The position numbers and the translations under genes are program-made. A stretch of 38,725 bases of DNA. It comes from Dehalococcoidia bacterium (GTDB lineage Bacteria; Chloroflexota; Dehalococcoidia; Dehalococcoidales; E44-bin46). The stretch is taken from positions 1-38,725 of the forward strand of contig SOKA01000043.1 of assembly GCA_004376105.1 (NCBI GenBank), read 5' to 3'. Shown piece by piece: positions 16,893 to 27,066 of this stretch. The notes beneath the pieces were generated by a model that worked only from the letters and a program-made list of their open reading frames with translations, was not told the DNA's origin and searched no databases. Each line of letters opens with the position of its first letter. Within the stretch, counting starts at the first letter, position 1.

Positions 16893-18116
16893 TCAAGCTC
16901 GCGCACCGAGCACCTCCTCAAATGATTCTAGGCTGGGCTGGACAGTAAGTGGTCGAACGATGTCTGACACTATTTCCTGTGTCTTGGGTCCCGCCCCAGT
17001 GACAAAAGCCACTGTAAGTTCGTTCCTTTTAATTACCCCTGAAGCTGCTAACTTCCTTAGTGCGCCTACTACTACCCCACCCGCTGCCTCAGCAAAGATA
17101 CCCTCAGTTTGAGCCAGCAGCTTCATCCCGGCGATGAGTTCCTCATCGGTGACGGCGCAGGCACCACCGCCCGACTGCCGGGCGACCCGCAGCGCATAGT
17201 AGCCGTCAGCCGGGTTCCCAATGGCTACGGACTGGGCAATGGTGTTCGGCTCTACTGGGTGCACATGGAGAGTGCCCGCGTGAAAGGCGTTGACAATGGG
17301 CGAGCTACCAGCAGCCTGGGTGAGATACATATGAGTATTAGCCGGTTCGATTAAACCAAGCATAGATAGCTCATCCAGGCCTTTCCATATTCGGGTAAAG
17401 AGGAGTCCCGAGGCGGCAGGAGCCACCACACAATCGGGGGCACGCCACCCTAGCTGCTCGGCTACCTCATAGCCCAGAGTCTTGCTCCCCTCGGCGTAAT
17501 ACGGTCTTAGGTTAATATTAATGAATCCCCAGTCATATCTTTGCACCAGCTCAGTACAGAGGCGGTTGACATCGTCATAGCTTCCATTAACCGTCATCAG
17601 GACCGGCTTGTAGATTGCTATCCCTACCAGCTTGCCCGGTTCTACCCCAGCGGGAACGAAAACATAAGCTTTCATATTTGCCTTGGCGGCGTGGGCAGCG
17701 ACACTGGCGGCCAGGTTGCCAGTTGAGGCACAGGCTAAAGTATCAAACCCGAACTCACGTGCTTTGGTGGCAGCAACTGAGACCGGCCTATCCTTGAACG
17801 AGTAGGTTGGATTAAGGCAGTCATTCTTAATATAGAGCTGGTCTAACCCCAGCTCACGGCCGAGGTTATCGGCTTTGAGCAGAGGGGTAAAGCCAGTGCC
17901 AATATCCACCTCCTTGCCTTCCACGGGCAGCATATCGCGATAGCGCCACATGCTCAGCGGTCCCCTAGCCAGCTTCTCCCGATTTAAAGCTCTAGCCATA
18001 GCCTTGTAGTCATAGCTTACCTCCAACGGGCTAAGGCAGAAATCGCACAGGTTGAGAGGCTGCACAGGATACTCCTGCCCACATTTTCGACAACGCAAAC
18101 CTCTGGCATAAGACAT
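16893..18116 (-). CDS. Threonine-synthase-like PLP enzyme
   Basis: N-terminal CxxC...CxxC, NPTYSFKDR (PLP Lys), CASTGNLAAS, EGSKT, AIGNPADG. The sulfur-cluster context leaves the true substrate uncertain. Confidence 0.85.
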   Translation of the reverse strand: MSYARGLRCRKCGQEYPVQPLNLCDFCLSPLEVSYDYKAMARALNREKLARGPLSMWRYRDMLPVEGKEVDIGTGFTPLLKADNLGRELGLDQLYIKNDCLNPTYSFKDRPVSVAATKAREFGFDTLACASTGNLAASVAAHAAKANMKAYVFVPAGVEPGKLVGIAIYKPVLMTVNGSYDDVNRLCTELVQRYDWGFININLRPYYAEGSKTLGYEVAEQLGWRAPDCVVAPAASGLLFTRIWKGLDELSMLGLIEPANTHMYLTQAAGSSPIVNAFHAGTLHVHPVEPNTIAQSVAIGNPADGYYALRVARQSGGGACAVTDEELIAGMKLLAQTEGIFAEAAGGVVVGALRKLAASGVIKRNELTVAFVTGAGPKTQEIVSDIVRPLTVQPSLESFEEVLGARA

Positions 18117-18127
18117 ATCTCACTCCT

Positions 18128-19270
18128 TCAGCTAGGCTCAAGCGCTTGACCCAAATCCTCAATCAAATCATTAATGTTTTCCAAACCTACCGATAACCTG
18201 ATTAGCTGGTCAGTAATTCCCACTTTTTCTCTATGCTCTTTGGGCATTGAGGCGTGGCTCATTGTCGCTGGATGTTCAGCAAGAGAGGCGACACCGCCTA
18301 GTGACTCCGCCAAGGAAAAGACCTTGATTCTTTCTAGAAAGCTGTTAACCGCCTCAGTCCCACCTTTTAATTCAAATGAGACTACCCCTCCAAAGCCCTT
18401 CATCTGCCTCTTAGCGATTTCATGTCCAGGATGGGACTTGAGTCCAGGATACATCACCCTCTTTACCATAAGATGCCCTTTGAGATAGTTTGCTACAGCG
18501 ATGGCGTTTTTCTCGTGCTGCCTCATTCTGAGCGGGAGGGTTTCAATTCCCCGGATTACCAGCCAGCAATCAAAGGGAGAGGCACAGGTTCCCATAGCAT
18601 TGAGGAGAAATTGAACCCGCTCAGTTAATTCGTCGGTAGTGGTTACCACGGCACCCCCGACAACATCGCAGTGCCCATTGAGATACTTGGTTGTGGAATG
18701 GACAACGAGGTCAACCCCATACTCGATTGGTCTTAAAAAATAGGGAGTGGCAAAGGTATTATCCATCACCGTCATCAGGTTGTGCTGCCTAGCAATACCA
18801 ACCGCCATCTCAATATCAACGATATTTAGCAGGGGGTTGGAAGGGGTCTCCAGCCACAGCATCTTGGTATTTGGCTTTATCGCCTGTTCAATCCTCCTTC
18901 GGTCGTCCATTCTCAAGAAGGTGAACTCCAGCCCAAAGTCACGCATCACATTCTGAAATAGCCTATAGGTTCCCCCATAGACATCATCCCCCGAAATTAC
19001 GTGATCACCAGCCTTAAGCAGGTGCATAACCGTGGCTTCGGCAGCCATCCCGGTGGCAAAGGCAAACCCTGCCTTCCCACCCTCAAGCTGAGCAATGGTA
19101 TCCTCCAGGACCTTCCTTGTCGGGTTTGCTGTGCGGGAATAGTCATAGCCTCTCGTCTTGCCTACATCTTCAAAGACAAAGGTCGATGTCTGGTAGATGG
19201 GTACTGAGACAGCGCCGAATGTCGCATCCGGCCTCTCCCCAGCATGAATGGCTATTGTTTCAAATCTCAT
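18128..19270 (-). CDS. Cystathionine gamma-synthase/lyase family PLP enzyme
   Basis: PIYQTSTF, YSRTANPT, ETPSNP, DNTFATP, HSTTKYLNGHCD, LAESLGG. Confidence 0.93.
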   Translation of the reverse strand: MRFETIAIHAGERPDATFGAVSVPIYQTSTFVFEDVGKTRGYDYSRTANPTRKVLEDTIAQLEGGKAGFAFATGMAAEATVMHLLKAGDHVISGDDVYGGTYRLFQNVMRDFGLEFTFLRMDDRRRIEQAIKPNTKMLWLETPSNPLLNIVDIEMAVGIARQHNLMTVMDNTFATPYFLRPIEYGVDLVVHSTTKYLNGHCDVVGGAVVTTTDELTERVQFLLNAMGTCASPFDCWLVIRGIETLPLRMRQHEKNAIAVANYLKGHLMVKRVMYPGLKSHPGHEIAKRQMKGFGGVVSFELKGGTEAVNSFLERIKVFSLAESLGGVASLAEHPATMSHASMPKEHREKVGITDQLIRLSVGLENINDLIEDLGQALEPS

Positions 19271-19297
19271 ATTCCTCCTCCTAGGCTGAACTCACTC

Positions 19298-19990
19298 TCA
19301 ATTTTCCTTCTTCTCTCTTCTCTCCCTCAATTCATCTTCAGGGGCTACTAGTCCGCTTAAACTCTCAAGCCTTTCCAGACGCTCTCCTAACCTTTCCTGG
19401 TCCTCTAGGACAAGCCTTATAGCTTCTGCTACCGGGTCAGGCAACTTCCCGTGCTCTAAGTCCGAGAGTGGCTTATGGCGATCCTCTATGATTCTTCCTG
19501 GGACTCCCACCACCGTAGCTGCGGGTGGAACTGATTTTACTACCACTGAGCCTGAGCCAATCTTGGCTCCATCTCCTATAGTTATAGCGCCCAAAGCCAC
19601 CGCTCCGGTTCCTATTACCACATTATTACCAATTGTAGGATGGCGCTTCTCCTTCTTTAAACTGGTTCCACCCAAGACAACCCCCTGATATATCAGAACA
19701 TCATCGCCTACTTCTGCTGTCTCTCCGATAACCACACCAGCCCCGTGGTCTATAAAGAAACGGCGGCCGATTTTGGCTCCGGGGTGGATTTCAATACCGG
19801 TTAGGAAGCGACTGATATGGGAGCCGAAGCGAGCCAGAAATCTAAGCTTATGGCGCCACAGGAAATGAGCCAAGCGGTGAAACCATAAGGCATGTAGCCC
19901 TGGATAACAGAAGATTACCTCCAGCGTACTCCTCGCTGCAGGGTCTTTAGTAAATACCGTTTGAATATCTTCTTTCAAGGTTTTGAACAA
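19298..19990 (-). CDS. cysE: Serine O-acetyltransferase (3' tail out of frame; see findings)
   Basis: [37 protein letters not shown]. Start placed at TTG 19990, after the cysK stop. Confidence 0.94.
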   Translation of the reverse strand: MFKTLKEDIQTVFTKDPAARSTLEVIFCYPGLHALWFHRLAHFLWRHKLRFLARFGSHISRFLTGIEIHPGAKIGRRFFIDHGAGVVIGETAEVGDDVLIYQGVVLGGTSLKKEKRHPTIGNNVVIGTGAVALGAITIGDGAKIGSGSVVVKSVPPAATVVGVPGRIIEDRHKPLSDLEHGKLPDPVAEAIRLVLEDQERLGERLERLESLSGLVAPEDELRERREKKEN

Positions 19991-20010
19991 GAAACTATCC
20001 TTTTCCTCTT

Positions 20011-21024
20011 TTAAATTCCCGGTGCTGCCCGATAAAGCTCCTGGAAGAGCCAAGTGGATAGGTAGCGCTCACCGGTGTCAGGTAAGACTACCACTATAAG
20101 CTTTCCTGCGCTTTCCTGCCTTTTGGCTACCTCTAATGCTACCCAGGCTGCTGCCCCCGAAGATATGCCGGCCAGTATCCCTTCCTCTTTGGCTAATCGT
20201 CTAGCCATTTTTCCCGCATCTTCATTAGTAACCTTAATAATTTCATCAACCAAATCCATTCGCAAAACATCGGGGACAAAACCAGCCCCGATACCCTGAA
20301 TTTTGTGGGCTCCTGGCTTCCCCCCGGAGAGAACTGGGGAATCGGCGGGCTCAACGGCGATAGCTTTAAACTGGGGTCTCCTAGGCTTGATTGCCTCAGC
20401 TACCCCGGTAATCGTCCCTCCGGTTCCTACCCCCGAGACCAGAATATCCACCTTGCCATCAGTATCTCTCCAGATCTCCTCGGCTGTGGTCAGTCGGTGT
20501 ACCTCTGGATTTGCCGGGTTTTTAAACTGCTGGGGCATGAAGTAGTTGGGGTTTTCTGCCACCAGTTGCTCAGCTTTCCTCACCGCCCCGGGCATCCCCT
20601 CCACCCCTGGGGTTAGCACCATCTCAGCACCGAAAATAGATAGGAGTTGCCTCCGCTCCAGAGACATGGTATCAGGCATGGTAAGGATGAGCCTATATCC
20701 CCTGGCGGCGCAGACAAAGGCCAGGGCAATGCCAGTATTGCCACTGGTGGGCTCAACGATAACCGTATCTTTGTTGATGAGCCCCTTCTCTTCAGCATCC
20801 ACAATCATTGACACCCCAATCCTGTCCTTCACATTCCCAATAGGATTAAAAGACTCAAGCTTGGCCACCACCTCTGCCTTCAACCCCTCGGTTATTCGGT
20901 TCAATCTGACTAGGGGTGTGTTTCCGATTAGCTCGGTTGAGTCCTTGGCTATGCCCCTGGTTAGCTTCGGTATCTCTATAGTCTTATACTGAAGCTTGTC
21001 CACTTTTGGAATTACCTTTGCCAT
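20011..21024 (-). CDS. cysK: Cysteine synthase A
   Basis: [50 protein letters not shown]. Confidence 0.96.
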   Translation of the reverse strand: MAKVIPKVDKLQYKTIEIPKLTRGIAKDSTELIGNTPLVRLNRITEGLKAEVVAKLESFNPIGNVKDRIGVSMIVDAEEKGLINKDTVIVEPTSGNTGIALAFVCAARGYRLILTMPDTMSLERRQLLSIFGAEMVLTPGVEGMPGAVRKAEQLVAENPNYFMPQQFKNPANPEVHRLTTAEEIWRDTDGKVDILVSGVGTGGTITGVAEAIKPRRPQFKAIAVEPADSPVLSGGKPGAHKIQGIGAGFVPDVLRMDLVDEIIKVTNEDAGKMARRLAKEEGILAGISSGAAAWVALEVAKRQESAGKLIVVVLPDTGERYLSTWLFQELYRAAPGI

Positions 21025-21037
21025 GTTGGTTTCCTCC

Positions 21038-22237
21038 TCATCTTAATCTTTTGACTGGTTCTAAGCTGCTCTCTCTGTTTTGACGTGATAATTTTCCAGC
21101 CTTCGCAATCTTCCCCAAGGCGTGAAGAGTTAGATCAATCTCCTTCGCAGTATTGAAGTACCCCGGACTTAACCGTATGGTACCTAACGGATAAGTGCCC
21201 AAGGTCTTATGAGCCGCCGGGGCACAATGAAGTCCCGTTCTCACTTTAATGTCAAAAGCCTGGTCAAGAATGGCTCCTACCTCCCCTGGCTCATATCCCT
21301 CAATGTTGAAGGAGAGGATAGGTGCTTGCTTAAACCCATCTTTAGCCGGATAAAGAGTTACTTTAGGAATGTTGGCTAAACCTTCAATCAGCCTATCTAT
21401 CAAGTATTGCTCATGAGCATGAATCCTCTCCAAACCTTCACCGAAAATATATTTCAGCCCGGCACCAAGCCCACTAATGCCGACGCTATTCACTGTCCCA
21501 CTTTCGTACCTATAGGGCAGAGTAGCTGGTTGCTCCTCCAGTTCCGAATATGAGCCTGTGCCACCCTCACGCAATGAATCAAGGTCAACCCGGTTACCCA
21601 CATAAAGCACCCCGGTACCTGGAGGTCCTAGTAGTCCTTTATGCCCGGAAAAGGCGAGCAAATCAATGTTACCCGCTTGGACATCAAGAGGATACTTACC
21701 AGCAGTTTGCGCCGCGTCTACCATGAAAATTAGGTTATACTTCCTAGCAACTACCCCATATTCTTCAATGGGTTGAATGACCCCAGTCACGTTAGAGGCA
21801 TGAGTAACTACCACCAGTTTGGTTTCTTTGGTTATCGCTTCCTCAATATCCCGGGCAGACATAACTCCGGCCTCTGGGCAAGGCGGCAATCTGGTGACTT
21901 TGACACCCTGCTGTTCAAGTTTTCTAAGAGGGCGAACCACGGAATTGTGCCCGATACAACTGGTGAGCACGTGATCCCCTGGCCTAAGCAGCCCTTTTAA
22001 CCCCAGGTTCAAGGCATCTGTGCAGTTGAGCGTGAATATAACTCGCTCCGCTTCTGAGGCGTTAATAAGGCGCGCTATAAGCAACCTGGTTTCCTCGACC
22101 GTCTCCCTGGCAGCTACAGCCATACTGTGGCTACTACGACCAGGATTACCGCCTTTTCTTCTCAAGAACTCGTCCATGGTTTGATAAACACTCTCTGGTT
22201 TGGGCCAGGATGTCGCTGCATTATCTAGGTAAATCAT
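21038..22237 (-). CDS. Class V PLP cysteine desulfurase/selenocysteine lyase-like protein
   Basis: [37 protein letters not shown] (catalytic Cys). Start placed at ATG 22237. Confidence 0.9.
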   Translation of the reverse strand: MIYLDNAATSWPKPESVYQTMDEFLRRKGGNPGRSSHSMAVAARETVEETRLLIARLINASEAERVIFTLNCTDALNLGLKGLLRPGDHVLTSCIGHNSVVRPLRKLEQQGVKVTRLPPCPEAGVMSARDIEEAITKETKLVVVTHASNVTGVIQPIEEYGVVARKYNLIFMVDAAQTAGKYPLDVQAGNIDLLAFSGHKGLLGPPGTGVLYVGNRVDLDSLREGGTGSYSELEEQPATLPYRYESGTVNSVGISGLGAGLKYIFGEGLERIHAHEQYLIDRLIEGLANIPKVTLYPAKDGFKQAPILSFNIEGYEPGEVGAILDQAFDIKVRTGLHCAPAAHKTLGTYPLGTIRLSPGYFNTAKEIDLTLHALGKIAKAGKLSRQNRESSLEPVKRLR

Positions 22238-22247
22238 GGTATCACTC

Positions 22248-23258
22248 TCATGTTCCAATGTATTTGGCATAGAGCCCTCGTGCTAGTGACTCGTCGGTGG
22301 TGTTTTTAACGATAGCCCGTCCGTCAGGAAAGATAACCATTTCTCGACCATCAACTGTAAACTGTAGCATGAACTCGTTATAGGTAACCTCCCCCACCAC
22401 TTTAAGGCGAGTCTCAAGCTCCTTGAAAGAGAGCTTTTCTATATCAGGATTTAGCACCTGCACCGCATTTTGACCGCAAAGTGAAGTGGTTCTTACTCCA
22501 AACTTCCCCTCTAAAAACTCGTATCTGCCCAAGCAAGCGGGGCAATCGTGGCGAGGAATTATTTCAAGCCGCTCAAAGCTCCCTGTCCAAACATCAATAA
22601 GTATAAGCTGTCGATTGATTTCCTTAGCTCCGACGAGTATCTTCATTGCCTCAGCGGTCTGCAGAGAGCCAATAATGAAAGGGGCAGGACCGATTACCCC
22701 TGCTGTATCACAAGTAGGCACTACTCTTGCAGCAAGCTCAGTAGAGCAGAAGCACCGGAAGCAAGGAGTTTCACCTGGGATTATGTTCATAGTCATTCCA
22801 GAAGAAGAGATGGCTCCACCGTAGACCCACGGGATTTTATGCTTTAGCGAGACATCATTGATAAGAAAACGAGTTTCAAAATTGTCCAATCCATCTAGGA
22901 TTAGATCCGCACCAGTGATGAGCCTTTCAACGTTTGTAAAGTTCACATCGGCGACTATGCCTTCAATTTCAACCAAGGAGTTTACCTTCCTCAGATGCCG
23001 CTCGGCGGCTATTGCCTTCGGCAGTCCATTCCGTATGTCATCTTCATCGAAAAGGACTTGCCGCTGCAGATTGTGGTACTCTATGAAATCTCTGTCTATG
23101 ATTCTGACCTTACCCACACCAGCACGCACCAGAGAGGTGGCAATAATTGTTCCTAGGGCTCCACAGCCAATAATCAGCACACAACTATTACCCAATCTCC
23201 TTTGTCCTTCTTCGCCTATACCAGAGAAAAGGATTTGCCTTGAATACCTCTCAATCAT
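22248..23258 (-). CDS. ThiF/MoeB-family sulfur-carrier adenylyltransferase
   Basis: ERYSRQI, IIGCGALG, NLQRQ, DGLDNF, CxxC...PTCD...CPAC, plus a C-terminal LCG...FPDGRA domain. Confidence 0.92.
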   Translation of the reverse strand: MIERYSRQILFSGIGEEGQRRLGNSCVLIIGCGALGTIIATSLVRAGVGKVRIIDRDFIEYHNLQRQVLFDEDDIRNGLPKAIAAERHLRKVNSLVEIEGIVADVNFTNVERLITGADLILDGLDNFETRFLINDVSLKHKIPWVYGGAISSSGMTMNIIPGETPCFRCFCSTELAARVVPTCDTAGVIGPAPFIIGSLQTAEAMKILVGAKEINRQLILIDVWTGSFERLEIIPRHDCPACLGRYEFLEGKFGVRTTSLCGQNAVQVLNPDIEKLSFKELETRLKVVGEVTYNEFMLQFTVDGREMVIFPDGRAIVKNTTDESLARGLYAKYIGT

Positions 23259-23312
23259 AGAAATGAATTACCTCCTTCGACACACCCTGTCCAAGCTATC
23301 AACCTAGCAAAC

Positions 23313-23756
23313 TTATATGTAGTACATCACCTCGTTAGGCCGCTCTTTCCTTTTTTGTCGCTCGACCAAATCCTGCAAGGTTGTTGACTCCAAAACCCCA
23401 TTCACTGCCTTTTTCAGCTCACCCCAGATGTCCCGGGTAACACATAGTTCAGAGCGAGTACATATCCCTGGGTTATTAACGCACTCCACCGGAGCAATTG
23501 AGCCCTCAAGAAGCTGAATGACTACGCTCAGCCTTACCTCCTCAGGAGGCTTGGCTAACGAAACTCCACCCTTGGCGCCTCGAGTGCTCCGGACTATACC
23601 CCCAGCTATGAGGGGAGCGATCAAATGCTCTAGATACCATGCTGAAATCTGCTGCCTTTGGGCAATATCTTTTAATAGAACCGGTCCCTCTCCCTGGTGA
23701 AGGGCTAAGTCCAAGAGTGCTCTAGTTCCATACCGTCCTTTAGTAGAAAGTTTCAT
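23313..23756 (-). CDS. Rrf2-family transcriptional regulator (IscR/CymR-like, three Cys)
   Basis: MKLSTKGRYG, YLEHL, STRGAKGG, ECV...ICTRSELC. Confidence 0.93.
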   Translation of the reverse strand: MKLSTKGRYGTRALLDLALHQGEGPVLLKDIAQRQQISAWYLEHLIAPLIAGGIVRSTRGAKGGVSLAKPPEEVRLSVVIQLLEGSIAPVECVNNPGICTRSELCVTRDIWGELKKAVNGVLESTTLQDLVERQKRKERPNEVMYYI

Positions 23757-23772
23757 TGACTTCGCTCAATTG

Positions 23773-23826
23773 TTGACAAATATCATCAACATAGTCTATA
23801 ATATCATAGACGGGGAAGATTGTCAA
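23773..23826. promoter_or_regulatory. Overlapping divergent sigma70-type promoters
   Basis: Minus strand: TTGACA (23826-23821), 17 nt, TATTAT (23803-23798), toward rrf2. Plus strand: TTGACA (23773-23778), 18 nt, TATAAT (23797-23802), toward rhodanese copy 2. Confidence 0.72.
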
Positions 23827-23875
23827 TACCCCTTAAGATGTTTAAAGGAACAACCTGGAAAGGGGGTGATAACTT

Positions 23876-24340
23876 ATGGCAAAAAAGAGTCTAAAAAAAT
23901 TAGTGATGTTGGTGCTCTCGGTATCGCTGGTTATTGTAGCTGTGTTAGCCGGTGGCTGCGTTGGCAAAGAAATCGAGACTCCAATTCAAGAAACCCCGAA
24001 CCAAATAATTGAAGGTATCACTACACAAGAGGCATTTAGCTTAATACAGGAAAACCAGAATAATCCCGATTTTGTCATTATTGATCTGCGATGGCCAAAA
24101 TTATTTGCCAATGGGCATATAGAAAATGCTATCAACATAGATATCGATTCTGAAACTTTCAGGGATGAGCTTAACCAGCTGGATAAGAATAAGACGTATC
24201 TCATTTATACCAGTTGCTCATGTGGAGGTATCGGCTGGAAAGCTTTACGTATAATGGAAGAGCTTAATTTCAGGGAAGTCTATAATATGTGGAGCGGGTT
24301 GGATCGATGGAAGGAGGAAGGATTACCTACCACAAAATAG
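23876..24340 (+). CDS. Rhodanese-like domain protein, probable lipoprotein (copy 2)
   Basis: Same signal peptide as copy 1; IIDLR...GHIENAINID; LIYTSCSCGG; YNMWSGLDRWKEEGLP. Confidence 0.85.
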   Translation: MAKKSLKKLVMLVLSVSLVIVAVLAGGCVGKEIETPIQETPNQIIEGITTQEAFSLIQENQNNPDFVIIDLRWPKLFANGHIENAINIDIDSETFRDELNQLDKNKTYLIYTSCSCGGIGWKALRIMEELNFREVYNMWSGLDRWKEEGLPTTK

Positions 24341-24579
24341 AATCAATATCATACGAATCTTTGGAAATATATGGTCTCTTTCTAGGCTCCATCCTCTTTT
24401 TTGGGGGTCTCAGCAAGGCCACCTTCAATGATATGAAAAGATAGCGACCTAATGTGCCACCTAACACCGTCAAATAGCGGGGAGTACACAAGGTGTCGTC
24501 GGCCTCCTGCTCCTTCATATAGCGGACGCGGATGAATCGGGAGGGCATCAGTTCCTGGTTGGCGATAGCCTGCTTGGCC

Positions 24580-25068
24580 TCAGTGATAAGCCAGGGGAAA
24601 ATAGTGCAGTGAGCTGATCTCTTCTAAAACAAGATTTACGACTCTTGGTATAGCTTCCTTTACCTTTTGCGTCATTTCTTCAGTAACCTTGGTTACTTCC
24701 TGAGTGCCTACGGCAAAGACTATAATTTCTCCTGGTATCTGCTCTGCAAAAAGCTTTTTCCCTATTTCAATCGTGGTAGCAAGATTTAAATGGTGCGGTG
24801 AGATAGTCAAACGTACAGGTTCACCAGTATTCTCCGGCTTAAGCCTATATATTTCCCCTACTTTTTCATCCTCAGTCATAATTGCATCAATTACAATCAA
24901 CTTATCGTATCCAACAATGAGCTCTAATAAATTTAAGCCGTCTATGCTGGTATCCTTTACATCAATGTTTTCATCTTTAATTTCCTTAGCTAATTCTTGC
25001 GCAATATGAAACCCTATACCATCATCTCCCAGGATTGGATTACCTATACCTAAAACCAGAGTCCTCAC
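24580..25068 (-). CDS. Hydrogenase maturation endopeptidase
   Basis: LVLGIGNPILGDDGIG, IVIDAI, SPHH; directly follows the large-subunit gene. Confidence 0.93.
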   Translation of the reverse strand: MRTLVLGIGNPILGDDGIGFHIAQELAKEIKDENIDVKDTSIDGLNLLELIVGYDKLIVIDAIMTEDEKVGEIYRLKPENTGEPVRLTISPHHLNLATTIEIGKKLFAEQIPGEIIVFAVGTQEVTKVTEEMTQKVKEAIPRVVNLVLEEISSLHYFPLAYH

Positions 25069-25069
25069 G

Positions 25070-26491
25070 CTAACTCCTCAACACTTGACGAATATTTCCA
25101 TCTGGGTCATAAATAGTGATTTCTAGAAGCATCTGACCTAGGGCATGTGTGGAGCAAGAGAGACAGGGGTCATAGCAGCGAATAGCCACCTCGACCCGAT
25201 TAAGTATCCCTTCAGTAACCTTCCCATCTTTGATAAATTCCCTAGCTACTTCATAGACAGCGCGATTCATTGCCAAATTATTATTACCGGTGGCTACAAT
25301 CAAATTGACCTTGCGCATCTTACCACTTTTGTCTACCCAATAATGGTGGAAAAGTGTCCCTCTGGGAGCTTCAATTACTCCTATGCCCTCCTCGTTAATC
25401 TGGCTCGAATTGACCCATATTTCCTTTGAGCAGATGAGTTCGTCTTGTACAAGTGACTTTATCTTTTCAGCGGCATTGAGCATCTCAATCAATCGGGCAT
25501 AGTGGTAGTATAACGACCCCTGCACTACGCCATTGTTGCTCAGTTTCTTGAAGCTAGCAAACTCTTTATTAGCTAGAGGAGTACTGCACCCATCGGCAAC
25601 ATTGAGTCGTCCTAAAGGTCCTACGCGGTACATACCACTGGGGTAACCCAGTTTCTTGTAATAAGGGAACTTAAGATAAGACCAATCCTCAACCTTTTCT
25701 TCAATGATGGAAAGGTAATTCTCAGGAGCTATATTATCTTCCAGGGTAACGCCTTTACTGTCTTTCAATCTCAGCTTTCCGTCATAATACTCAACGTTAC
25801 CATTATTATCTATAAGTCCGAGGTAGCCAGTGCCAAAATTAGCAAAGCTAGCAGCCTCCTCACTATGTTGAGTATAATCCTTAATCAGGTTAACGGCGAA
25901 CTGGCAGTCAGCGATAATATCATCCACTTGGCTTAGAATTTCATCACGCTTATCAAGACCAAGAGCCTTATTCATTCCCCCGGGGATAGCAGCATTGGGA
26001 TGAACTCTCTTATCCCCGAGCATCTCTATTATTTTCTGACCGAAAGCACGAATCTTTATTCCCTTTCTGGCAATTTCCGGCATCTCGGCAATAAGACCCA
26101 TGATATTTCGCTTAGCTGGGTCAGCAGCCATGCCGAAGAGCAGGTCGGGGCTAGCCAAGTAGAAAAAATGAAGGGCATGGGACTGAACAATCTGTGCCAT
26201 GTGAATTAGCCTGCGTAGCATCTCTGCTGTAGGTGTCAGCTTCACCCCCAAGATGACATCTCCAGCTTTAGCTGAAGCGAGGTGGTGACTTACCGGGCAG
26301 ATACCACAGATTCGGGCAGTAATGATTGGCATCTCCCAGAAAAGTCGCCCCTCACAAAACTTCTCGAATCCTCGCACTTGAGTAACATGAAACCTAGCTT
26401 TATCCACATTCCCTCTATCGTCAAGGTGGATGGTTACCTTGCCATGCCCCTCAACCCGGGTAACCGGCTCGATTGTAATCTTTCTAGTCAT
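25070..26491 (-). CDS. hoxH: NiFe hydrogenase large subunit, group 3 (HoxH-like)
   Basis: PVTRVEGH, L1 [20 protein letters not shown]2 DPCLSCSTH, followed by a cleavable C-terminal extension. Confidence 0.92.
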   Translation of the reverse strand: MTRKITIEPVTRVEGHGKVTIHLDDRGNVDKARFHVTQVRGFEKFCEGRLFWEMPIITARICGICPVSHHLASAKAGDVILGVKLTPTAEMLRRLIHMAQIVQSHALHFFYLASPDLLFGMAADPAKRNIMGLIAEMPEIARKGIKIRAFGQKIIEMLGDKRVHPNAAIPGGMNKALGLDKRDEILSQVDDIIADCQFAVNLIKDYTQHSEEAASFANFGTGYLGLIDNNGNVEYYDGKLRLKDSKGVTLEDNIAPENYLSIIEEKVEDWSYLKFPYYKKLGYPSGMYRVGPLGRLNVADGCSTPLANKEFASFKKLSNNGVVQGSLYYHYARLIEMLNAAEKIKSLVQDELICSKEIWVNSSQINEEGIGVIEAPRGTLFHHYWVDKSGKMRKVNLIVATGNNNLAMNRAVYEVAREFIKDGKVTEGILNRVEVAIRCYDPCLSCSTHALGQMLLEITIYDPDGNIRQVLRS

Positions 26492-26514
26492 AATGCCTCC
26501 AGCGTTTTGAAATC

Positions 26515-27054
26515 TTAATCAAACCTCATCATCTCGCTCGGGAGCACTGGAATTCTACCCTCCAGAAGTTCGGTCAGAGCATAGTGAATAGCTTTAGAAG
26601 AGGGTGGGCATCCTGGGACATAACAGTCAACTTTAACTACTTGATTTACCGGCTTAACCTGCTCTAAAAGCGGCGGGATGTCTTCTGAGGAGGGAATCTT
26701 ACCGTTTTTAGTGCTCTCAGTCTCAATATAATACCTACGAAGAACCTCTTCTTTAGTGAATAGGTTGCGCATACTATTTATGCCTCCGAAACAAGCACAA
26801 TCACCCAATACCATCAGTATCTTGCAATTGGCACGCAAGTCTTTAGCTACTTCTTCATCATGAGGATTACTCACTGACCCTTCAATAATCCCAATATCAA
26901 CTGATGAAAATTCTTTAATATCGGTTATGGGAGTGGCGGTGAGTTCCATTACATCTGCCAGATCAATAAGTGCCTCATCCAAATCCAGAAAAGACATATG
27001 ACACCCAGAGCAACAATCTAACCACGCTGTAGCCACTTTTACCTTTGCCAACAT
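26515..27054 (-). CDS. hoxY: NiFe hydrogenase small subunit (HoxY-like)
   Basis: CSGCHMS, EGSV, GDCACFGG, PGCPP; short form with the proximal cluster only. Confidence 0.9.
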   Translation of the reverse strand: MLAKVKVATAWLDCCSGCHMSFLDLDEALIDLADVMELTATPITDIKEFSSVDIGIIEGSVSNPHDEEVAKDLRANCKILMVLGDCACFGGINSMRNLFTKEEVLRRYYIETESTKNGKIPSSEDIPPLLEQVKPVNQVVKVDCYVPGCPPSSKAIHYALTELLEGRIPVLPSEMMRFD

Positions 27055-27066
27055 TAGCCTCCCAAC

